From Pseudomonadota bacterium (GTDB lineage Bacteria; Bdellovibrionota_B; Oligoflexia; Oligoflexales; CAIYRB01): a stretch of DNA of 64,000 nucleotides. The notes under the pieces are model-generated. The model was not told where the DNA came from. It worked only from the letters and a program-made list of their open reading frames with translations, and made no database searches. Location: contig JANOTL010000109.1 in assembly GCA_031416315.1 (NCBI GenBank), forward strand, positions 64,001 through 128,000, in the 5' to 3' direction. Positions 28,544-37,763 of this stretch are shown piece after piece; within the stretch, counting starts at the first letter, position 1; each line of letters starts with the position of its first letter. A program made the position numbers and the translations under genes.

Positions 28544-29818
28544 ATGCGTCGCGTCGTCATCACCGGCATCGGCATCGTATCCCCGCTCGGCAACACCCGG
28601 GACGAGACCTGGCGTCGCGTCCTGAACGGCGAGAGCGGCGCCCGGCACATCACGCAGTTCAAGGCCGAGACCTGGCCGACGACCTTTGCTTGCGAGGTCG
28701 ACAATTTCGTCCTCGACACGGACGCGGTCCTGCCAGGGCACGGGAAGTACCTGAACCGCCCTTCCGAGTTCGGCATGCAAGCCGCGTTCGAGGCGATGCA
28801 GGAAAGCGGCGTGATGGGCACCGTCACTCCGGAGCGCTTCGGCATCGCCATCGGCGCCGGCATCGGCGCGATCTCGCCGCACTCGCTCGCCAACATGCTT
28901 TCCGGCATGGAGGTCACCGACGGCCTCCCGGATCTAAGCTCCACCGTCGAGAACGCCAAGACCGAGAATCACATCGTCCTGAAGAATCACCCCGGCACGC
29001 TCGCGGCGATCCTTTCGGCGCGCTGGCGGGCTTTCGGTCCTTTGACCACGATTCATACGGCCTGCGCCTCGAGCGGACAGTCGCTCGGCCAGGCGTTTCT
29101 GCAGATCCGGCGCGGCGAGGCCGACGTGATGCTCGCGGGCGGCGCCGACTCGCTCGCGGGTGAGCTCCTCCTCGCCGGCTTTTGCTTGCTCGGCGCGCTG
29201 TCGACCAGAAACGACGACCCGAAGGCGGGCTCGCGGCCCTTCGACAAAGATCGCGACGGCTTCGTCGCCAGCGAAGGCGCGGCGATGCTGATCCTCGAGG
29301 AAAGAGACCGCGCCGTCGCGCGCGGCGCCAAGATTTACGCCGAGTTCGCGGGCTACGCCGAAACTGAGAGCGCCTACCGCATCACCGACCTGCCCGAGGA
29401 CGGTCGCGGCATCGTCGAGGCGATGGAGCTCGCGGTGAAGGACTCGGGCCTGAGCCACGGCGACATTCGCTACGTCAACGCGCACGGCACCTCGACCCAG
29501 CTGAACGACCGCGTCGAGGCCTTGGCCGTGCGCCGCGTCTTCGGCGCGAAGGGCTTCAAGCCGATGATCAGCTCGACGAAGTCCGAGGTCGGCCACCTGA
29601 TCTCGGCGGCCGGCGCGATGGAAGCGGCCTTCGCGACCTTGGCGGTGGCGCACGGCAAAGTGCCGCCGACGCGCAACCTCCACCACACCGACTGCGGCGA
29701 CGACCTCGACTTCGTCGCCCATGAGATGCGCGTGGCCGACGTTCCGGCCGCGATCTCCAACTCGATCGGCTTCGGTGGCTCCAATTCCGTCGTCGTCGTC
29801 AAGCGGCACGTCACATGA
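28544..29818 (+). CDS. Beta-ketoacyl-ACP synthase (FabF-like KS), intact Cys-His-His
   Basis: RRVVITGIG; TACASS; RPFDKDRDGFV; NAHGTST; KSEVGHLISAAG; SNSIGFGGSN. Confidence 0.95.
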   Translation: MRRVVITGIGIVSPLGNTRDETWRRVLNGESGARHITQFKAETWPTTFACEVDNFVLDTDAVLPGHGKYLNRPSEFGMQAAFEAMQESGVMGTVTPERFGIAIGAGIGAISPHSLANMLSGMEVTDGLPDLSSTVENAKTENHIVLKNHPGTLAAILSARWRAFGPLTTIHTACASSGQSLGQAFLQIRRGEADVMLAGGADSLAGELLLAGFCLLGALSTRNDDPKAGSRPFDKDRDGFVASEGAAMLILEERDRAVARGAKIYAEFAGYAETESAYRITDLPEDGRGIVEAMELAVKDSGLSHGDIRYVNAHGTSTQLNDRVEALAVRRVFGAKGFKPMISSTKSEVGHLISAAGAMEAAFATLAVAHGKVPPTRNLHHTDCGDDLDFVAHEMRVADVPAAISNSIGFGGSNSVVVVKRHVT

Positions 29819-31125
29819 GCAAAAAGCCGCGCAAAGTCGTGATCACCGGCGTAGGCCTCGGGACGCCGGCGGGCTACGGGCTCGCCGAGAATCTCGAAGC
29901 TTGCCGCGTGGGCAAGCACCAGTTCACCGAGATCACGGCGTTCAACACCAAGGGTTCCTCGGTCAAATACGCCGGCCAGTGCCCGGATCCGGACGTGAAG
30001 CGCCTGCCCGACCGCAAAGTGCAGAAGATTCTGCGGAGGAAGGACGTGATCAGCCTCCTGGCGACGCTCGACGCGGCGAAGGACGCGGGGATCGAGAAGG
30101 GCAAGATCGATCCCGAGCGCTTCGGCATGTACTGCGGCGCGCCGGCGACGCAGATCGGGGATCTGACGCCCTACTTCACGCTCGTGGCGCAATGCGCCGA
30201 CCTAGAGACCGGGACTTTCGACACCAAGCTCTTCGGCCAGAAGCTGATGGATCTGGTGAACCCGCTCGTCGTGCTGCAGACCCTGATGAACAACGGCCTC
30301 TGCTTCGGCGCGATGACGCTCGACATCCGCGGCGTCAACTCGAACTTCATGGATTTCCAGGTCGCCGGCCTGCGCGCAGTCGGCGAAGGCTTCCGCAGTA
30401 TCGCGCACGATCGCGCCGACATCGTCATCGCGGGCGGCATCTCGGGGCCGATCGAGCCGTTCCAGCTGGCGCAAGGCGTTCAGAACGGCTACCTCGCGAC
30501 GACGAAGAACGTCGAGGCTAGCGACGAGGGGCTCGGGAAGCTCGTGCGGCCCTGGGACAAGTCCCGTCTGGGCTCGATCCTCTCCGAAGGCTCGGCCTAC
30601 GTCGTGCTGGAGGAAGAAGGGCACGCGCTCAGGCGCGGCGCCAAGATCATGGGGCGCGTCGAGGGCTTTTTCCTGGCCAGCGACGGCATCTTCGACTTCA
30701 TGGCAGAGACCGACTCGCCCGGCCTGTCGCGGGCGATCCAAGGCGCGCTCGACGAGTGCGGCCTGAAAAAAGAAGACCTCGGCATGCTGATGGGCCATGG
30801 CAATGGCTCGCGCCACGCGGACATGGCCGAGGCGAAGGCGTACGCGGACTACCTCGGTGCTTTCGGCGCGAAGCTGCCTCTGAGCTCGTCGAAGGCGGTG
30901 GTCGGCGATCTATGCGAGGCGGGGGCGGTGTACGGGATGATCCTGGCGCTCGATGCGATCCAGCGCGGCGAGGTCCCGCCGACCTTCAATTTCACGGCGG
31001 GCGAAGGCCCGGCGGCGCGGCTTTCGATCAAGGCGGAGCCGCAGAAGATCCTGGCGCCGCGCGCCGCGATCACGGCCCGCAACTTCCTGGGGCTTTGCGC
31101 CTCGGTCATCGTCACTGCGGCATAA
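29815..31125 (+). CDS. Catalytically altered ketosynthase (chain-length-factor/KSQ-like)
   Basis: KS fold motifs (VVITGVG, RPWD, EGS, HGNGS); catalytic Cys position reads MDFQVAG (Gln) and the second His reads VGDL (Asp). Confidence 0.85.
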   Translation: MSKKPRKVVITGVGLGTPAGYGLAENLEACRVGKHQFTEITAFNTKGSSVKYAGQCPDPDVKRLPDRKVQKILRRKDVISLLATLDAAKDAGIEKGKIDPERFGMYCGAPATQIGDLTPYFTLVAQCADLETGTFDTKLFGQKLMDLVNPLVVLQTLMNNGLCFGAMTLDIRGVNSNFMDFQVAGLRAVGEGFRSIAHDRADIVIAGGISGPIEPFQLAQGVQNGYLATTKNVEASDEGLGKLVRPWDKSRLGSILSEGSAYVVLEEEGHALRRGAKIMGRVEGFFLASDGIFDFMAETDSPGLSRAIQGALDECGLKKEDLGMLMGHGNGSRHADMAEAKAYADYLGAFGAKLPLSSSKAVVGDLCEAGAVYGMILALDAIQRGEVPPTFNFTAGEGPAARLSIKAEPQKILAPRAAITARNFLGLCASVIVTAA

Positions 31126-31134
31126 GAGGCTTGG

Positions 31135-32241
31135 ATGCGCGTTCTGCTCACCGGTGCGACAGGCTTCGTGGGCGCAGAGCTCGCCCGCGAGCTCCTATTC
31201 GCCCGGGGGCTGACGCGCCTCACGCTGGTCATCCGCCCGCTGGCGGGTGAGACCGGGCGGCAGCGCTTCGAGCGGCTCGTGGCGCAGTGGCGAAAGTTCG
31301 TGGAGACGCCGGATGCCACGGCCCTGGCGAAGGTCGACGTCGTCGAGGCCGATCTGGCCTTGCCGGGCGTGCTGCCGGTGGTCGACGGTCCTTACGACTA
31401 CATGATCCATTCGGCCGCGACGACCGAGCTCGGGGTGCCCTTGGCCGAAGGCCGGCGCACCAACGTCGTGGCGACGCAAAGGGCGCTGCAGATGGCGCGG
31501 CGCGCGCGCGTCGGACGCTTCGTGCATTATTCGACGGCCTATGTTTGCGGCCGACGACGGGCTTTGATCGGCGTGCAGGACGCGGCGCCAGGCGCTTACC
31601 ATAACCATTACGAACGCACGAAACGCGAATCCGAGGATGCGGTGCGGAGCGGCGGCGTGCCGTATACCATCCTGAGGCCAAGCATCATCGTCGGGCGCGG
31701 CGACGACGGCTATGTGTCCCGGACCAAGGTCTTGTACTCGGTGTGGCGGATGTGGCTCTCGGGCTTCATCCCGCGCGCGCCGATCGATCCCAAGGCGTGG
31801 GTGGATCTCGTGCCGGTGGATTTTGTCGTCGACGCGACGCTCGGGCTCATGCAGCTTCCCGAGACTTTGGGCGGCACGTATCACCTTTGCGCGGGCGAGC
31901 ACCGCCAGAGTCCGAAGACGATCATGCTGACCGCGACGAGGGCGTTCGCGGTGCCGGTGCCTCCCCTCTCGCCGCCGTGGATCGCGTACGTCTTGCGGCG
32001 CTGGCCGGCGCGCCTTTTCCTGACGCACGCATTGCGCGAGATTCTCGACGCAATGTACTGGCATCTGCCTTATCTCGGGATCCGCGGGCGCCTGTTCGAC
32101 ATGAGCCAGACGCTGCCATTGTTGGCGAAGGTCGGCGTCCCGCCCTCGAACTTCGCCGAGTACGGCGAGCGCCTCTTCCAATTTTGTCGCGACACGGCCT
32201 GGGGCAAAAGGCCGCGCAAGGAGCTCCGGTGCTCAGCCTGA
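31135..32241 (+). CDS. Extended SDR, thioester reductase / fatty acyl reductase-like
   Basis: LLTGATGFVG; IHSAA; STAYV; YERTK (YxxxK); RPSIIVG; LVPVDFV. Confidence 0.85.
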   Translation: MRVLLTGATGFVGAELARELLFARGLTRLTLVIRPLAGETGRQRFERLVAQWRKFVETPDATALAKVDVVEADLALPGVLPVVDGPYDYMIHSAATTELGVPLAEGRRTNVVATQRALQMARRARVGRFVHYSTAYVCGRRRALIGVQDAAPGAYHNHYERTKRESEDAVRSGGVPYTILRPSIIVGRGDDGYVSRTKVLYSVWRMWLSGFIPRAPIDPKAWVDLVPVDFVVDATLGLMQLPETLGGTYHLCAGEHRQSPKTIMLTATRAFAVPVPPLSPPWIAYVLRRWPARLFLTHALREILDAMYWHLPYLGIRGRLFDMSQTLPLLAKVGVPPSNFAEYGERLFQFCRDTAWGKRPRKELRCSA

Positions 32242-32984
32242 AACTGGACGGAAAAATCGTGTGGGTGACGGGCGGCTCGCGCGGCATCGGCCGAGCGACG
32301 GCCGTCGCGTTCGCTGACGTGGGGTGCGACGTCGCGGTAGGTTACCGCGAGAGCGCGAAAGGCGCCGAAGCCGTCGTCGCCGAGATCCAGGGGAAGGGCC
32401 GCAAGGCGATCGCCGTGAAGATGGACGTCAGCAACGCGGCCTCGTGCGAGGCGGCGTATGCCGAGGTCTCGGAGAAGCTCGGGAAGTGCGACGTTCTGGT
32501 GAACAACGCCGGCGTCACCGCCGACAACTTGTTTCTGATGCTCGAGGAGCCCGACTGGGCGAAGGTCATGGGTACGAACGTCATGGGCGTCGTGCACTGC
32601 ACCAAGCTCGTCCTGCGCGACATGATGATGAAGCGCGGCGGGCGCATCATCAACCTGTCCTCGGCGGCGGGCACGAAGGGCGGCCGCGGTCAGTCGAACT
32701 ACGCGGCGTCGAAAGGCGCGGTCGAGGCGATGAGCCGCTCGCTCGCCGTCGAGCTGTCGAAGCGGAACATCACGGTCAACTGCGTCGCGCCCGGCGTGAT
32801 CGAGACCGACATGAGCGCCGAGGTTAGGAAGCTCGCCGAGCAGGAGATCTTGGACAGGCAACTCGTGAAGCGCTTCGGCAAACCCGAAGAAGTCGCTGGC
32901 TGGGTCGTCTTCCTCGCGTCGTGCTACGGCGATTTCGTCACGGGTCAGACAATCCACGTGGATGGCGGCTTGAAAATGCCATGA
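32229..32984 (+). CDS. fabG: 3-oxoacyl-ACP reductase (FabG-like ketoreductase)
   Basis: TGGSRGIG; NNAG; GQSNYAASK; VNCVAPG.IETDM; TGQTIHVDGG. Confidence 0.9.
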   Translation: MLSLKLDGKIVWVTGGSRGIGRATAVAFADVGCDVAVGYRESAKGAEAVVAEIQGKGRKAIAVKMDVSNAASCEAAYAEVSEKLGKCDVLVNNAGVTADNLFLMLEEPDWAKVMGTNVMGVVHCTKLVLRDMMMKRGGRIINLSSAAGTKGGRGQSNYAASKGAVEAMSRSLAVELSKRNITVNCVAPGVIETDMSAEVRKLAEQEILDRQLVKRFGKPEEVAGWVVFLASCYGDFVTGQTIHVDGGLKMP

Positions 32985-34642
32985 TTCTTAGCCCCGACCA
33001 AAATCTGAAGTGCTTGCTGATCCAGCCGGAATTTTCGGCGTTCAGCTTTTGGAACTACAAGGAGTCGTGCAAGACGATCGGCGCGCGCACGCCATCGCCG
33101 CCGCTCGGGCTGATCACGGTCGCCGCGATCCTGCCGCAAAACTGGACCTACAAGCTCGTCGACATGAACGCGCGCGAGCTGACGCAGGAGCTGTGGGACT
33201 GGGCCGAAGTGATCCTGGTCGGCGGCATGCTGCCGCAGCAGCGCGGCATCTTGGAGATCATCGACCGGGCGAAGAAGGCCGGGAAGTACTGCGCCGTCGG
33301 CGGCTCCGATCCGTCGAGCCAGCCGGAGGTGTACGCGCACGCCGACGTCCTCGTGGTCGGCGAGGGCGAGTCGGCGATTCCGGTGTGGATGAATTCTTGG
33401 CGCGCCGGGCAACCGTTCGGCATGTTCAAAGAGACGGAGAAGCCCGACGTGTCGCTGTCGCCGACGCCGCGCTTCGACCTTCTGATTCTCGAGGACTACG
33501 TCCAGATCGGCGTTCAGTATTCGCGCGGTTGCCCCTTCAACTGCGAGTTTTGCGACATCATCGAGCTCTTCGGGCGCAAGCCGCGGACGAAGACGCCGGC
33601 ACAAATCCTAAAAGAATTCGACACCTTGAAGGCCTTGGGTTATTCCGGCTCGGTCGACCTGGTCGACGACAACTTCATCGGCAACAAGCGGAGCGTGAAG
33701 CGGGAGCTCCTGCCCGCGATCATCCAGTGGAGCCGGAAGAACAAGCACCCGTTCTACTTCTGCACCGAAGCCTCGATGAACCTGGCGGACGACCACGCGC
33801 TGCTCGAGCTCATGCGCGCCGCGGACTTTCGGATCATCTTCATGGGGATCGAGACGCCGGATCCCGAGCTTCTGATGATGACGCAGAAAAGCCAGAACAC
33901 GGTGAAGCCGATCGTCGATCGCGTGCGCACGCTCTATGACTACGGAATGGTCGCGACCGCCGGCTTCATCATGGGCTTCGACGGCGAGAAGCCCGGCATG
34001 GACAAGGCGATGGCGAAGCTGATCGAGGACTGCGAGATCAATATGGCCATGGTCGGCCTCCTGGTCGCGCTGCCGAACACGCAGCTGACGCGGCGCCTCC
34101 TGAAGGAGCGCCGCCTCCTGTCGTTCCGCGGCAAGCTCGTGACGAGCGAGGCGGAGCTAAAGGCGAGCGCGAAGGCTGACGGCTCGATGCTCGAGGTCGT
34201 GGACCAGACGCTCGCGGGACTCAACTTCATCACGACGCGGGACCGAATCGAGATCTTCGAGGAGTACCGCTCGGTCGTGGCCAAGGTCTACGAGGTGCGA
34301 AGCTACTTCGACCGCGCCCGCCGCCTTGGCAAGCTCTTGAAGTGCCGGTCCCGGCACCGGCCGAATTGGTTCGAGCTGAAGCGCCACCTGCGCGGCTTCT
34401 TCCGCGTCAGCTGGGCGATGACGAAGGATCCCCAGACGCGCTTTCTGTATTGGCGGAACGTCCTGTCGCTCATTCCGCGCGGGCACGTCACGTTCGAGCA
34501 GGTGATGCGCCTCATGGGGATCTATCTGCACTTCAAGCAGCAGTCGCGGCACTTGCTCCAGGTCCTGGACAAGCAAATGGCCAGCCAGCTGAAGCTGCCG
34601 CCGGAGTTCCGGAAGGTCAAGCGCGAGGAGAAAGCGGGATGA
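32981..34642 (+). CDS. B12-binding radical SAM protein (DUF4070-type)
   Basis: N-terminal cobalamin-binding-type PPLGLITVAA...GEGE; SRGCPFNCEFC; DDNFIG; GIET; FIMGFD; ALPNTQL. Confidence 0.92.
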   Translation: MILSPDQNLKCLLIQPEFSAFSFWNYKESCKTIGARTPSPPLGLITVAAILPQNWTYKLVDMNARELTQELWDWAEVILVGGMLPQQRGILEIIDRAKKAGKYCAVGGSDPSSQPEVYAHADVLVVGEGESAIPVWMNSWRAGQPFGMFKETEKPDVSLSPTPRFDLLILEDYVQIGVQYSRGCPFNCEFCDIIELFGRKPRTKTPAQILKEFDTLKALGYSGSVDLVDDNFIGNKRSVKRELLPAIIQWSRKNKHPFYFCTEASMNLADDHALLELMRAADFRIIFMGIETPDPELLMMTQKSQNTVKPIVDRVRTLYDYGMVATAGFIMGFDGEKPGMDKAMAKLIEDCEINMAMVGLLVALPNTQLTRRLLKERRLLSFRGKLVTSEAELKASAKADGSMLEVVDQTLAGLNFITTRDRIEIFEEYRSVVAKVYEVRSYFDRARRLGKLLKCRSRHRPNWFELKRHLRGFFRVSWAMTKDPQTRFLYWRNVLSLIPRGHVTFEQVMRLMGIYLHFKQQSRHLLQVLDKQMASQLKLPPEFRKVKREEKAG

Positions 34643-35318
34643 TGGCCGCCGCGAGCACCATCTCGCCGAGCTTGGTCGCGACGAAGCGGAAGACGCCTTC
34701 CGTGACGTGGCCCGTCGGTGTTTGCGGCGACGTGTCGACGAGGACGCGTGCGGCGACGGCGCCGGTGGCGAGATCCAGGTGCGTGAGCTCGGCATCGGGG
34801 AAGAAGAACATCTTTCGGCCGAGCGGGAAGTGGGCTTTGAAGAGCGCTTCCTTGAAGGCGAAGGCGACGGCCAGGCGGCGGAGGAAGTCCGGTCCGGCAA
34901 GCCTCTCGGGCTCGGTGCCGGTCAGAACTCGCGCCGAGAACTCCGGCTTCAGCTTGGAGATCAGCTCCGCGTCGATCCCGAAGCTCGTGAAGGCGAAGGC
35001 GGGCGCAAGTGCCAGGCCGACGTGCCCGCTTTTGTGCGTGAGCGAGCCTAGGAAGCCGGGAGGCCAGCTCGGGTCGCCGGCGGGACGGCGGGGGAGGGGA
35101 TCCTTCCAGCCGGTGAGGAAACGGATCAGATAGCGGCTGCGACGGTACTCGTCGCGGCGCGCGAGGGAGCCGAAGGTCTTGGCCTCGGCTTGCTCGTCAG
35201 GGTGGAGAGTGGCGGAGAGGACGGAGTCATCGAGCGGGTAGTCGGGTTCGAGCCAGCTCACCGAGAGCGGGCCCAGCGGTAGAGGAGGTGGTGCGGTGAA
35301 GTGGCTGTCGATCGTCAT
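34617..35318 (-). CDS. 4'-phosphopantetheinyl transferase (EntD/Sfp-like)
   Basis: RRDEY..SR; GDPSWPPGFLGSLTHK; GIDAE; FAFKEALFKA. Start uncertain (ATG 35318 or GTG 35261). Confidence 0.88.
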   Translation of the reverse strand: MTIDSHFTAPPPLPLGPLSVSWLEPDYPLDDSVLSATLHPDEQAEAKTFGSLARRDEYRRSRYLIRFLTGWKDPLPRRPAGDPSWPPGFLGSLTHKSGHVGLALAPAFAFTSFGIDAELISKLKPEFSARVLTGTEPERLAGPDFLRRLAVAFAFKEALFKAHFPLGRKMFFFPDAELTHLDLATGAVAARVLVDTSPQTPTGHVTEGVFRFVATKLGEMVLAAAIIPLSPRA

Positions 35319-36603
35319 CTGCGGAATTATGCTTGCGAGCTCGGCTTCTGCGCAAGACAAGCCGGCCCCAGCCCCGGAGGCCGAGGCCCCGAAGAAGAAG
35401 GCCAAGAAAAAGAAGAAGAAAGCCGAGGCGAAAGAGCCCGAGCGGCCGAAGGACGCCCCGCCCCCGACCGAGGCGACGGTGATCGAGCCGAACGTGCTCT
35501 ACCGTTTGGGCAAGCTCCTGCCGCGCAATCACTCGGCCTACCATCGGCCGGAGCACAGCGACTATTTCGATCAGCTTTACCTGACCCTCAAGTTTCAAAA
35601 GACGTACGACTACGTGCACCAAGTGGTCATCGAGCCGTCGATCCGCACCCAGCGGGAGAATCCGGACGACCTCGAGTACTTCATCGAGCAGGCCTACGTC
35701 GAGTCCGCGGCCGGCAAGCGGTTCTCCTTCACGGCCGGCAAGAAGACCGAGTTCGAGGGCGCCGGCTTCATCGTCAACCCGTCCGACCTCCTGAATGAGG
35801 ATAAGGACATCCTCGACCAGGTCTATCAAAAGGAAGGCGTCGTCTTCACCCGCGCGCGCGTGCGCGTCGCCGACTTCAACCTCGGCCTCGGCATCATCCC
35901 GATCTCGGCCCTCCCGACGACCGCAGGGCGCGCCTGGCTCACCGTCAACGGCGAGATCAAAGAGGTCGAGCTGCGCCTGCAGGTGACGCACAACGAGACC
36001 GAGAAGACGGCGACCGGCCTCTCGATCGCGCGGTTCATCGGCGAGCACTTCGAGCTGCATTTCGACGGCAACTACCGGAGCCGGCAGCGCAGCCAGCGCT
36101 CCCGTAAGGAGCTCAGCTACCTCACGTACTCGAGCTATACGATCAAGAATGAGGACAACCAAGTCATTGATAGCGAGGGCAGCGGCTACTATCTCGCCGG
36201 CTCGCGCATCATCCTGACGCCGCGGCGAACGATCGTGATCGAGGCGATCACGCAGCAGTCGGGCCTCTTGCCGGACCAGTTCAAGCTCTACTTCGACTAC
36301 TATCGGAACGAGCGCGACAACGGTCGCTTCGGCATGACGCCGCCGACGCGGCTCATTGGGCGCCACTACGCATTTTTTAGCCTACAAGACGACGACTCGC
36401 TGCCGTCGACGCACTTGTCCGCGAATTTCCTGATGAACACGGACGATCAAAGCAAGTTCATCGTCTTCTCGGCCCGGAACGCGCTCTCCGAGGTCACCAG
36501 CGTCGAGCTGAGCCCGACCTTCTTTCTGGGGGAAGTCGACAGCGAATACGGTGAGATGCCGTTCCAGCAGGCGGTTTATCTCATCTTTCGCGGGCGCTTC
36601 TAG
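35296..36603 (+). CDS. Putative outer-membrane beta-barrel protein
   Basis: AGGAGG RBS; signal peptide ending ASA; IEQAYVE..FTAGKK..NPSD pattern; alternating beta-strands; C-terminal Phe. Confidence 0.7.
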   Translation: MKWLSIVICGIMLASSASAQDKPAPAPEAEAPKKKAKKKKKKAEAKEPERPKDAPPPTEATVIEPNVLYRLGKLLPRNHSAYHRPEHSDYFDQLYLTLKFQKTYDYVHQVVIEPSIRTQRENPDDLEYFIEQAYVESAAGKRFSFTAGKKTEFEGAGFIVNPSDLLNEDKDILDQVYQKEGVVFTRARVRVADFNLGLGIIPISALPTTAGRAWLTVNGEIKEVELRLQVTHNETEKTATGLSIARFIGEHFELHFDGNYRSRQRSQRSRKELSYLTYSSYTIKNEDNQVIDSEGSGYYLAGSRIILTPRRTIVIEAITQQSGLLPDQFKLYFDYYRNERDNGRFGMTPPTRLIGRHYAFFSLQDDDSLPSTHLSANFLMNTDDQSKFIVFSARNALSEVTSVELSPTFFLGEVDSEYGEMPFQQAVYLIFRGRF

Positions 36604-36707
36604 GCCCCTGATTTCTTAAGGCAATACTCCGATCTCGGCGGCAAAGTCTCAAGTCTTTCGAGCCGTTTCCGATAGCTAAGACTGATGCCTTAGCGAGGAG
36701 ACCGTTC

Positions 36708-37625
36708 ATGCGCCGCCCGACCCTGCGAAGCCATTTCATTCCCGCGCTGACGATCGCGACCCTTTTGGTCGCAGCCTGCGGCGAGAAGGCTTCCACCGCG
36801 CCCGCCGGCACCGGCACCAAGGGCACCGCGTCGGAGAAAGACGACGACGACGACGACAGCGGTACCGACACAGGCACCGGTACGAACAAGAAGAAGAAGC
36901 CCAGCGGCGGCACGACCGGCAGCACCGCCGGCACCGGAACCGGCACGGAAGATCCGGGCTCGCTCGGCAGTGACGACCCGAGCACGAAGACCACCTTCGA
37001 CCTCTGCAAGGCCCTGAAGGCGGAATCGGCGCTGCAACCTGCGGCCGAGCTCGTCACCAAGCTTTGTGACGGCCTCGATGGCTATCGCACCGGAGCCTAC
37101 AAAGGCGGCGCTTCAACGACCGTGAAACTGAAATGGACCGGCTTCAAGGTCGACATCGACGGCGCCTCCGCGATCACGAGCGACGCGAAGAAGTACTTCG
37201 ACATCATGCGGCAACAAGTCTCCGCGCCGAAGGCCTTCCAGGACAAGGGCTACAAGCGTGACGAGAAGGTGACGATCGAGAAAGAGGTCACGACGGGTGA
37301 CGTCGTCACGTTCGAATACACCCGCGATCCGCCGGACGGGGGAGATATCGCCGCGACCGTGAATTACAAGGGCAAATCGACCTTCGTCACCATGGGTGAC
37401 GGCGCTGCCTTCGCACAGATCACGGAGTCTTCGTGTCCCTGCGACGTCATCGAGTCGCTGAAGGGTCTGGTCGTCGTCGAGAAGACCGAGACGGGCGCCT
37501 TCACCTACTCGCTCTCGATCCAGACCTACACTGAGGACACGAGCAACGAGGCCACGATCAAGTCGCAGACCGAGGCAACGATGAAGAAAGAGCAATCGAA
37601 CATGTTCGAGAACTCGAAGCTGTAA
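36708..37625 (+). CDS. Hypothetical lipoprotein with low-complexity linker
   Basis: GAGGAG RBS; lipobox VAAC; D/T/G/K-rich linker. Confidence 0.8.
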   Translation: MRRPTLRSHFIPALTIATLLVAACGEKASTAPAGTGTKGTASEKDDDDDDSGTDTGTGTNKKKKPSGGTTGSTAGTGTGTEDPGSLGSDDPSTKTTFDLCKALKAESALQPAAELVTKLCDGLDGYRTGAYKGGASTTVKLKWTGFKVDIDGASAITSDAKKYFDIMRQQVSAPKAFQDKGYKRDEKVTIEKEVTTGDVVTFEYTRDPPDGGDIAATVNYKGKSTFVTMGDGAAFAQITESSCPCDVIESLKGLVVVEKTETGAFTYSLSIQTYTEDTSNEATIKSQTEATMKKEQSNMFENSKL

Positions 37626-37651
37626 GCCGAGCCCCAGACGGCCGGAAAGCC

Positions 37652-37693
37652 GCCCCGCCTCGCGACGCAAGTCCGCGGCGGGGCTCGTTTTTT
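37652..37693 (+). terminator. Intrinsic terminator
   Basis: GCCCCGCC..CGCGAC-GCAA-GTCCGCG-GCGGGGC stem followed by T6. Confidence 0.7.
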
Positions 37694-37763
37694 CGGACTC
37701 CGAGCGCGGCTTTTAAGATTTGGGATCCGGCGGCCGATAGGTCTCTCAGAGGACCAACGCCCC

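Noticed and set aside
31743..32228. N-terminal extensions of fabG (also the 42018 start of the LolA-like gene and 13409 start of speE)
   Set aside because: Out-of-frame overlaps with upstream genes; family motifs start at the later codons.
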